From assembly GCA_030141605.1 (NCBI GenBank), contig JAQGDQ010000386.1, forward strand, positions 62,001 through 126,000: a DNA stretch of 64,000 nt, in the 5' to 3' direction. Shown piece after piece: positions 28,231 through 39,210 of the stretch. The position numbers were made by a program, and so were the translations under genes. The notes under the pieces were generated by a model. That model saw only the letters and a list, made by a program, of their open reading frames with translations, searched no databases and was not told the DNA's origin. The stretch is from Tubiluchus corallicola (lineage: Eukaryota > Animalia > Priapulida). Positions within the stretch are counted from its first letter, which is position 1. Each line of letters starts with the position of its first letter.

Positions 28231-31200
28231 TGGAGCGAGAGCGTCAGACACATCTTGCCCTATGAGAAGGCCAAGTTCCAGAGACTGAGATCTGTCCTGG
28301 GCAACATAGAAGTCAATGCCTTGTAAGTGTGGCCAAGAGCTCAAGTTCTCATAAACAGGTAAATGCTCCATCTCTAACATAAGGGATGGTCTTGTAAAGA
28401 CGAGAGGGAGATCTAGGGTGACATTGTAGTTTGGATCAGACACTTGTAGTTTTGTGACTTTACTCTTCTTCTGGCTCTGTTTAGCATCAAGCGTAGTCAA
28501 AATTGATGTTTCTTCTCTGCCCTGAGCACCTAACTTTTCATATATTTGGCTAGAGTAGAATGTATTTGTCGAACCAGGGTCAAGAATTGCTAGTGTCTTT
28601 AATGGTTTACCACCTGGTATGTTAACAAATACTGGCAAGATTGGCAAAGCTACATTGCACTTAGAAGGCTCATGCGTCTTCTTTATGTAACCACTTTGGC
28701 AATTGTGCTCATTATCTTCTTCTTTTAGTTTCTCGTTATCTTCTTTATTATTCTTCTTTTCTTTTTCTTCTCCACTATACGGCCTGCTGTTGGGTTTGTG
28801 TGCAGCAGCAGCAGTGCTAGTATTTCCTCGCGTATTCTGAGCATGGAAGAAAGTGGAATGCTTTCTCTTACAAACATCACAGCGATTGGCTGACCTACAT
28901 GATGCACTACTGTGGTTAGGCTTCAGGCAATTAAAACATAGTCTGTGTTGCTTGGCTACCTCTAGCCTTCCAGGTACAGTTAGCCTCTTGAACTTGAAGC
29001 ATTTCTGAAGCGGATGTGCTTCAGAACACAGGGTACATGAAAGTGAAGTCTTTTCTTCAGATTTGTCAGGTTCACGTTTATGTGAACTAGCAAATGTTCC
29101 AGAACTAGCAAAAATGTTTGCAGAATTAGACTTTGGATTAGGCTTATAGGCGTCCTTCCTCTCGGATAGTTTCCTATGAAACGTGGGATCATTTTCAATC
29201 TGTGCCTGTCTTTCTATGAAAGTGACAACATCAAAGATGTCTGGAATTCTCCCAGAAGATTTAATATTATGAACCTCTTTCCGCCAGTGAGAATGAATGC
29301 CAATGGGCAATTTGTCAACGATTTGTACGAGATTTCCTTGAGTATTAATCTCAGACAAATAACCTAAACTTGACAGAGTTTCATAACAAGCACGCAACAA
29401 GTCTGCATATTCCTGTAATGTCTGATATTCCTCAACCTTAATGGGTTTTAATCATAAATCTGTTTGATCCATGCTTGAGTGATATTAAATTCATTTCCGA
29501 ACCGCTCCTTTAGCATACGCTCCTGAGAAACTTCATTTGTTACCATGATAACCAATGGGTGTTTGGTCCTAGTGGCTTTCAAAGAATGCGCTAAAACAAG
29601 GGCACTTTTGGCATAAACGTCATTAGTGGCCAACGATATGTATACTTCAATTGATTCCTCATAATTAGTATGATTATCTTGGCAATAATTTGCTACCCAG
29701 TCTCTTGTTTGCTCCCTTTTGTCAACAAAGGAAACGACCTCGGAAGAACGTGGACTACCGGCTTCAAACTGAACAAAGACAGTTGCCTCAGCGTCTGCTT
29801 GTTTAATTTCAGTAGCTATCTTCAACTGTTCTTGTTGCAAAACTAAGCATTTCATTTAACTGCAATTTTGCTTTTTCTGCAAGTGCTTGTTGCTTAATCA
29901 TAAGAGCAGCCTTTTTCGCTTCAGCTGACATTCTTTGTGCTGTTGCCGAAACAGTAGTTGGTTTTGAACTACGTGAATGAGGAGACTTGTAACTTTTGTG
30001 CGTTCTGTGGCTTCTTCGCTCGCCTAAGCTTTCCTCTTTGTCCCCACTATCAGGTATAGCGGGAGGTGTAAGCTGCGTTTCATCTTCAGTTGAGCTGGAA
30101 GCTGCGCAACAGCCTATCAATTAATTCCTGCTTCCGACCGCTAACAGGTAAACACTTGTCCTTTAAGCATTCGCTGTAACTGAGGGACAGTTTTCTTACC
30201 TAAATCAGACATGCTTCAAAATACAGCAAAGTACAATTCAGTAAAATAATACAAGTAGCTAAGTAGATAAACTAGTGAAATAGGCATAAAAATCCATGTA
30301 GTCAAATAGCAACGATAAACATATGGTCTAATTCTTTATGCACTATAATGCACTGCTGTACTACTAGTTTTTCAGCAATCAGGTAAACTGTACAACAAAT
30401 CAAAGCATCATCTGACAGTGTAGAAATTCTCATTATTCTCTACATTAATATGTGGAAATAATACCAAGGCGAAAATAAAATGTAATCTTAATTGGTAAAC
30501 TGTGAATATTTCAAAACTTCAGTACTATTAAACCCTCAATACTTCAGTACTAAACAACCCAAGCGAATATTACAAGTCTTAATGGTTTAATAACTTTATG
30601 CGCCAAATTAACGCAATAATTTTATGCAGTAGGTTAGTACTTCAGGTCAGTTCACCATACAAATACAGTTCTTAAAAGTCTTGGCAATAGGCAATTCACA
30701 TAATACAGGCCTGAGAAGCGTAGATGCATTTCCTGTCCTACTTCCGGCATGCAGTTATACGCCTGTGCTGTAGGCTTCCTGACCTTGATCAACTTGGGCG
30801 GCTCGATGGCATGAAACCTCAAGTGGTTATGGCTGACGTTGAATTATCTCCAATACAGCCTTGATAAATAAATGTGACGGGAACACAAAAGAATTTCCTT
30901 CATAACAGATGGTGTTCTCAGAAATCTTTATTTCTGTATATAAAAAAATGAAAATAATAAATTTGACTGCTTTCACTGCTTACATACGATCTAATTATTA
31001 TAATTTAAGATAATAAAAGTAAATATTACTCACATCGTGCGGCTATAACAACTTAATACATCCTTGGAACGTCATACTGGTTTACAGCAAATCAGGTAAA
31101 GACGCTATACTAATTACTTGAAAATTTATCTAAGCATTACTTTACGTTTACTGAGGCTTCTGTGAGCGTGTTTCGTGAAACACAACCTAATTTACAACTT

Positions 31201-31273
31201 CACAGGTAAAATTACAGGTAAGTTCACATAGGTGTTGCCACCTACATGTTAAGGCCAGAAACTGACCTTAACA
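28230..31273 (-). mobile_element. BEL/Pao LTR retrotransposon 5' half (putative LTR/UTR, gag, protease), degenerate
   Basis: LKERFG motif; triple knuckle CTLCSEAH..C / CFNCLKPNHSSASC / CDVCKRKH; protease ILDPGSTNTF; LLIGQD; minus-strand terminus TGTTAAGG at 31273. Confidence 0.85.
29520..29652 (-). pseudogene. Glycogenin (GT8) N-terminal fragment embedded in BEL/Pao gag
   Basis: IEVYISLATNDVYAKSALVLAHSLKATRTKHPLVIMVTNEVSQE matches the glycogenin N-terminus ([24 protein letters not shown]..RT...LVVL.T..VS). Confidence 0.85.
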
Positions 31274-34110
31274 GTCAGGCTGGTTCGAGTTACATGCCTT
31301 GTTCTGAAAGCCATCAGGAAATTTCGTCGTGATCCAGATACGTCTCGTGATATGGAACACACCACTTTGATGTGGGTAAGGCATGCTCAATCAACATTTA
31401 CACTTGAACAACTAAGGAACTTCCAAAACCTTGGTCCAATGGTCGATAATGATGGAATAATCAGATGCTGTGGTCGACTTGGTAATCTGGACACCTATGG
31501 CTCACGAAAACCTGCGTTGTTACCAAAAGACCACCCTTTTACTCTGCTTCTGGTAAGACACTACCATGTAACTCATTTGCACGTTGGAGCAGCTCAAACA
31601 TTAGCTCTGATACGTAAAAAGTACTGGATACCACCAGGACGCACTGCTGTCCGTAGTGTACTTTCTAAATGTACCACATGTCGTAAAGTCGAAGGGGGTC
31701 CTTTCCGTTTACCTAAAATGGCCGACCTACCTTCAACCCGTTTGTTTGAAAGTCGGTGTTTTCAATACACTGGACTAGATTATATGGGACCAGTGATTAC
31801 AAACGAATTTTATGGTGGCAGTTCTAAGCCAATTTATGAAAAAGCTTGGATTTGTTTGTTCACCTGCCTTACAACCAGAGCAGTACATCTAGAATTAGTA
31901 AATAATCTAACAGCTGAACATTTTCTTATGTGTTTGCGCCGTTTTTTTGGTAGACGTGGATTGCCAGATATTATAATTTCTGATAATTTCTCGTCCTTCA
32001 AACTTGCCAAGCAAACATTTACTTACATTTTTGAAAAAGCAATTTTAGATCTTTCAGCTTGCAAGGGTGTAGAGTAGAAATTCATTATACAGTTATCACC
32101 ATGGACTGGTGGATTTTTCGAACGGTTAGTTGCTTTGGTAAAGCGTTCTTTGAGAAAGGTAATCGGTTGTTACGACTAGTGCAGATGGGGCAGGCCTGAC
32201 TAGATGTAAGGTAGTCACTGGAGAATTCCTTGGCCGAGCAATAAGTTTACATAAAATTTTACTTTAAAGAGGGATCTGCCCACAAACACCAGATAGTGGC
32301 TTCGCAGCAAGGGTAGTCTACGGGGGGGGGCGCTGCCACTTCAAGAGGGTGTTGGTTCTTGTGGGATTCTGTATTAGCACTTATCGGTTAATCGAATTAA
32401 ATACAACAGGACAATGACGCAACAATAATAATTATAGTATACTGTAATCACTTTTAATGACAAAATATTAAGCACGAAAATCAAACCGACGAAATATGTC
32501 ATTAAAGCACAATATATCAAAGCAAAACATTGGCAAAAATATCAGAAAAAATGTTATTGAGCAAAATGGAAAGCAAAATTAAGCAATAGCACCAAAAATA
32601 AATAGTGTTCATAATTAAACATATTATAATCACTTGGTAATGTTTCCATTGTAATATAAATAAACTAAACTAACCGTATCAAATGTTTGTCTAAGGGCTT
32701 ATCCTAACTACCAGCCACCCCTGGGGAAATGCTAGCAAGTTAACGGGTTAAGAGTAGCATTCAGGGCTGTGACGTCACGTGTAAATTAGCAGCATCCAGG
32801 AAACATTTCGTTGCTAAACTTCATGCATAATTTCAATGTCTGGCATGACTTCAACTCGTGTAGGATCACGTTCATATTGAACATTTGTCAATTGTGAAAA
32901 CCATTAGTCCATCTGTACCCATGACACGCTGCATAGTAAGGCAAAGAATAAATCAACTTACAGATCGGGATCCCGTGAAATAGTCTGAAGCTCTAGACAC
33001 CTCTTGCTGGCATCAAATAAACAAGAGAACCGTCGTGTCCTTCTCGTCTATCGCTCAACCGGTAGTCCTCCAGCCACAAGTACTATCACCATAACATCGG
33101 GTGCTTGGGAGTCCATTAACTGTCCAAAATCCTCACCTATCAACTATGACGGCAGCAATCAAAAGTAGTTAAATGGACAAACATTTTCGTTCGAAAGTTC
33201 AGCAAAACTGCCACTATGAAAAATCTGACCTATGTAATGTTTTCAGGTCCAATACCAAAGCTCGACTGTTTTCTACCTTGTACACCTGTATCGTGACGAG
33301 TTTTCTGGGCCACCTCTCCGCATTCACAAGTTGATCAGACGGCTTCATATCGCGCACAAAATTGAATGCTACAAACCAACCCGCAGAACTTAAATTCCTA
33401 AATCCTGAGTTTAAAGGGCAACTTAACCATTTTTAATACTTGTTTTCAGGTTTGGTTGATAATATGACAATAGTTTGGTTATCATATTAATTATTATTAT
33501 TGATAACACCATCATTACATTATTTCTCATCAGACTTTCTGGGGGAAAATAAACAGTATGTTACATCGGTAATCATCCTCTTTCACATGTACATCTCAAT
33601 ACTTTGCTTATTGAAATAGAAAATGTTATCAATAATAGGCCTTTAACTTATATTGATGCTGACATAAAGTCTATTCATGCTCTAACTCCTTCAGATTTTC
33701 TTAATCAGCAGATCTTGCACACTATGCCTGAGATGCACTACAGTGATCCAGACTTTACAGTTGGTAAAGAAACCTCAGCATAGAAGTTACTTGCCTTATG
33801 GAAGAAAGGTCAAAGGATCCTTAGCAATTTCTGGCGAATCTGGAAAGATGAGTATCTCCTCAGTCTTAGAGAACAGCATCGCAAATATATTTCTCAACCT
33901 AAGGTAACCGTTCCGTTTACTCCTTATATAGGGGATGTAGTACTGGTAGAAGACCAAAACCTTCCACGAGGACAATGGCGCCTTGGCAAAGTTCTTAAAT
34001 TGAAGCCTAGTGCAGGATGGCTTAATTCGTAAGGTTGAAATTCTTGTTAATGGTTCCACTTTGAACAGAAATATTAAATGTCTGTACCCGCTTGAATGTC
34101 ATTTTCAAAA
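31274..34110 (+). mobile_element. BEL/Pao integrase region (second element), split by a solo LTR
   Basis: RLVRVT; GIIRCCGRL; H..H..YWI..C..C zinc finger; TGLDYMGP; LFTCLTTRAVHLE; ISDN; SPWTGGFFERLV; then IENVINNRPLTY..FWRIWKDEYL..GDVVLV..PRGQWRLGKV..DGLIR..LYPLE; internal stops. Confidence 0.92.
32168..33565. mobile_element. Solo LTR (1398 bp) inserted in the BEL integrase
   Basis: tcggt|TGTTAC ... GTTACA|tcggt: TG..CA ends, perfect 5-bp TSD; removal restores KVIG-NHPL. Confidence 0.9.
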
Positions 34111-36349
34111 CTCATCTCATACGACTTTGACAGACGTTTCGACTGAACACGTGTCTTGTCTTAACAAGAATGATGATGCTGCTTCCATTTCAGATGCGGC
34201 TTCTTCACCTCTGCCTGTCAGCGAACGTTGAGAGAGAAGCCGCCAAAAAAGCAAGAAAATGGCTAACAGATGTCGGCACCGACTTATTATCCAGTGATTA
34301 GTGAACAGTAGTAGTGACAGACTTTGAACTCTCATTTGTTGTTTCAGTACGTCATGGTTATGATGATGCAGTTGGTTTCCTGATTGGTTCAGGGCCCGTT
34401 CCAATTATGGTTACTAGTTGCGGTTATGATGGTTATGGTTATGTCCGTCACAGGTTATGGATATGACAATGGTTACACTGCTATGCAGCTGATGGATGGA
34501 GTTCATGCCACACTACGTTTGCTATATGGAGTCAAAGACAATATTAGCAATTATAAATTGTCCTATCTTCATTTGTAAATATTGTAAGATATTTAGATTG
34601 CATAAAAAATCACCCCCCAAAACAATATAAAACTCAAAACCAAATAGATAGTGTTCTTGCATTGTAACCATGTATAATCACAGATAGTTTGTCACCTCAT
34701 ATATAATTTTGATATTTATTTGGATGTGCCTTTAAGGTACCTATTTTGATTTTTCTCACACATATATAACCCGTTCATACATGCAGTTCCATACCCATAT
34801 AATATGACACATATCTTACGCATGAAACCTGATTTTCCTATTGTGGCCTCTGTTATATACAGTATTTTAGATTTAGTAGGTTTTTGCAGGTTTCTTTGTG
34901 CTAGTTATTTTGTTGTCTACCATTTTACTACCTGATAAGATTGAGCAATTTGTTTATTACTTGAACTTTGAACTTGATTTTTTTCCGTTTCCAGAATGTC
35001 ACGGATTCCCGTGATTGATTTCTACTCTGCTGTTAGACCTTTCATTTGCAGTATTGCAAACTAGTTTGTTCCTGTTCCTACAACCTTTGCAAATCTACCT
35101 AGAGTCGTTCAATTATGTTAACCTTGAATTATTTATACGGGCTTCATTCTAAAGTTATAAATTCCTTCGTCACCCTTGTACAGGTGACCATTTAACGCTT
35201 GCTATTCTTACAAGCAACTATGTGAAAGTGAATAATTATCTATAATTGGTTTTCCTGCTGTGATAAAAAGTAATAATGTAAATGCGCCAAATCATGTAAG
35301 TTGTAATTAATTATATTTGGGTGGCCACTCTTTTAATCAAATAGTTGTGCGGTTTTTATTAAAAGTCAAAAATTAATCTAAATTATATATTGCAATAGCA
35401 GCAAACCATTTTAATTAACAACTCGTAAACTTAAGCTTTATGCACCTTTTTCTATAAAAACAAATTTGACTGTATACATTCCCACGTATTTGTTTAATTC
35501 TAATCAACAAATTAAGAACCAGGCCGATGTCTCTCCCACAAACTTCTGAAAAAGTGAGCATTTTTCACAGTAGGTTCTTGTATCTTCTTAGCCACCATTC
35601 TGTGTTTGAGAAAAATTCTGATAAGTTTGACAAGGTTGAGTGGTGAATTTTCAAGCAACTCAGAAATTTACCCCAATCATAGGCGTATCCCTCAAGATGT
35701 ATTTAATTAAAACCAAGTGAACAGTAATGGCAAGTTGACATAAAAGATATTTGGCGTAAAACAAGTTGAACGTGTTGTTGATCTTTTCATCGATGTCTGC
35801 TTGCTCGCCACTGGTGGTGAATAGGGTCTAGCGCATTGACATTAAGGCAGTGCGAGACTCATCGCTTTCCCAGTAAATAGTAAGAGCATTGTAGATTCTC
35901 AAAAATTTAATAATGACTGAGCACTGAGCAGTACTTTGAAGCAATACACACCTTTTCAACTCATTGGCGTTTTTCTCCTGGAGAACATCCATGGAAGTTG
36001 AAGTGGACTGGTTAATTATTATCCTGATTGAAGCACAGGTGTAACAAAACCTTTGCACGGCGGGGAGCAAAAAACGACAAGTAATAGTGCAGAACAACAG
36101 CTACTGATTACTATTAAATCAAAGTATTGCTGAGTCAATAGAAAACCTGTCACGTACTTTTGATTCTTAGGTTAAGCGTGTAAACCTCATCCATCTCATA
36201 CAGTTGAACAGTACTCTAACAGTTGTGTAAATTAACTATTCTGACAATACATGGCAGACTCATTATTACATAATTTAATATCACCAAAGTGTTTTAATCC
36301 ATTGGATATTTATTTCTCATAAGCCATTTTAATGGTAATTTTGCCCTGC

Positions 36350-37150
36350 CAGGGGCGGATTAAATGTTTCCTGGGCCTATAAGGCTAGCAACAAACTAGT
36401 TGGGAATGATACGGACCTAAATGCATTGGCTATGCCCAACTGTACATCCAATTATGCTTTGCTGCTGATCCTGAAATTTATTCACATAGAATATTTTTGC
36501 ACAAAACGATATCTATTTGGTCTAATTAACAGCTTATAAATGAAACATCAGACTCATACATAGTTAGATTGCCATCAAACTTCGTAGAAAAAAATATTAG
36601 TGGCTGACTGGCTGTTCCTCAATTTCTTTACCAATTTACCAACAGCCGTTGTCGTTAATCGTGATGAATGGGAATGATTTTGCTTGTCGTGCTTTTTCGT
36701 TAAGCAAAATGCGAATTGCTGTTCGTAATTGAAGTTATCTCTGATGAAGATTCCAAAACGCCAGGCAACGAGACATATGCTGAACATGTATAAATGTCCT
36801 GTATTACTCTTAAAAGTGTCGAATTCTTTGGTATAAAGAATTTAACCTCTCTGTCTGTGTTCAAGAAACAGGCTGTGTCCAAATGTTTTGTAGTGAAGCA
36901 TCCTATGTCGAAATGTGTGGGTCTATAGCGACAAACGGTTACTTTGTGCTCAGTATAGGCCCAATCGCTCAAGTACTCATTAGCAGTGAGCAAAAAAGAA
37001 AACTTGTCTTCAGCACGTTCAGTTTGTTACCCTGTTTACTATAGCTTTATCTTGGTTTGAATGGTCATCGGTTTTTAGATTCTAAGGCCTATTATAATTT
37101 AGGACCTAAGGCTATATAGGATTATTAGCCTAATGGTTAATCCGCCCCTG
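36350..37150. mobile_element. hAT-like non-autonomous element, 801 bp
   Basis: Perfect 14-bp TIR caggggcggattaa ... ttaatccgcccctg; flanks tgccctgc/tgttctcc are a possible decayed 8-bp TSD. Confidence 0.75.
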
Positions 37151-37485
37151 TGTTCTCCATGTAGTAGATGCACAGGATGTAATACCAAAAGTTGTTTACT
37201 TTATTCCCTTGCCCAATGAATCTTGTCGTAAATGTACTGGCTGTTTTTATTTATTTATTAAAGTGTCACCAATAATGACAGACAGAGTAATTTATATGGC
37301 TAATGGCTTGAAACTTGGCAACCTGCAAAGATACTTTTTGTTATAAGGGTTATATATCACACACGCTTTGCGACGGTGATCTGTATACATAAAATTTTCA
37401 TTTGCTTAAGCCGACATATTAGTTTGACTAACGTCATTCCGGGAAGTAGTATTCACTTTGCTTGATTGTGGCTGAGGTTTCAGAT

Positions 37486-39164
37486 ATGTCATCACTTTAC
37501 GGAAAAATGACATTTGTTCATATTAATTTTTTTTCGATCTTAATTTGCTTGATAGCAGGATCTTACTGTGCTGTGCAAAAGGCAAAATTCATGCCTCCTA
37601 CACAGCAAAATTCTAGTCTTAAAGCAGATACTGATTCTGTCATATTAGTGAACACACTAGTCAAAAAGCCATCAGCCATAGAGTGCGCTATATCTTGTGC
37701 TGAAGATGAAACATGTAGAAGCATTAACATAATCCCAGATTCTGAAGAAACTGTCCAATGTGACCTGCTTAAATCTAGAGCTATAGACGAGTGCACTACA
37801 TTTGCAAACAATACAGTGAATGGGTCAGTTTATCTGACTATTCCAGAGGTTAGTAAGTGTAATTTCTCCCATCTGCAGTATGTTTTATAGGCCTACCGAG
37901 TTCATTTACTCGGTTTAATTGTCTATTTGTCTGTCCGTCCATTCTTCTGCATGTCTGCCTGTCTGTCTTTTTGTCTGCCTCTGTCTGTTTCAGTAAATGT
38001 ATAGCATATACAGGTCAATGATTACAGATCAAATTGTTCAAACAAAATACTTTTTTTTATACAAATCAATCATTTTTTTGTAATGATGTATTATTAAAAC
38101 GAAACTTTTCATCAGTGTATGCATATTATATCAGGTGGACACAAAAAAGCAAGCCCTTCTTAAAATGCCACAGAGCTGAGAATTTTTATCCAGTTTGTAT
38201 ATGAATTTAACAGAGTAAACTAAAGCGCATTAGCACTTGCCTGCCGATTTTGCTTAGAAAGCCCAGAAAATAAGCATTGTTTTTACGTTTAATATTGTCA
38301 TGAAGAACTTAAGAATGAAAACTAGTATTTGTAATTGCACAGACAAAACTGATTGTACTAACTTTATAGTTTGCCTAAGTATTAATTTTATTTTCTTTGT
38401 TTCATTCCTTTACTCATTAATTTTATTTTAGTTTTTCAGATACCTACATTTTAAAACCTGTTGCTGTTCACCATAAAAGACGCAAACATTATTTCAACAA
38501 TTATTACCAAACATTTCAGGATTGACAAAGGGCATTACGCAAAAAGTTTTTCCAGTCAAAAATGGTAAAGATCAGCCTTTGATAAATTGCTAAGGAAAAC
38601 TGATATCACTGCCTAGGGTTAATTTGAAAATTTAATTCTGGAAAAAGAATAAAATGAGTAAATCAATAATATGAAATTTACGCTATCATTAATAAAATTA
38701 ATAAAAATTTATTAGTAAAATTGCTAGATTAATCGAATAGTAATAAAATATTGTTATCCAAAAATACAATCATACGAGTATGTCTTTTTTTCATTTTTAC
38801 AGGCTTAATGACAACATCAAGCATAACTTTGTTTATTTTTTTCCTTTTTCTAACAAAAATTAGCGGTAAAAATGTTAAATTATTTGTAGTTTAAACATTA
38901 AATTCACATAAAAAATAACATAAAAAAATCTCGGTTCTGTGGTATTCTAAAACGCGCTTACTTTTTTGTGTTCACCCCGTATAAAGATGGAACGAAGGGA
39001 GCTGAACAGTGATGAAGTAAGATATAAGGATATTTAAAGACCAAAGTGTTGGGTGAAATGATACCTTTCTCCTTGATAGCCTGAAATCTTTGGTTATTAC
39101 CACAGCTATGGCTATACGAATACACCTACTCACGACTATTTGTATTAGGACAAATAGTGCGTGC

Positions 39165-39210
<46 letters not shown>

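Noticed and set aside
35700-36120. Possible hAT transposase fragment (IKFLRIYNALTIYWESDE) on the minus strand
   Set aside because: Too decayed to assign without a search.
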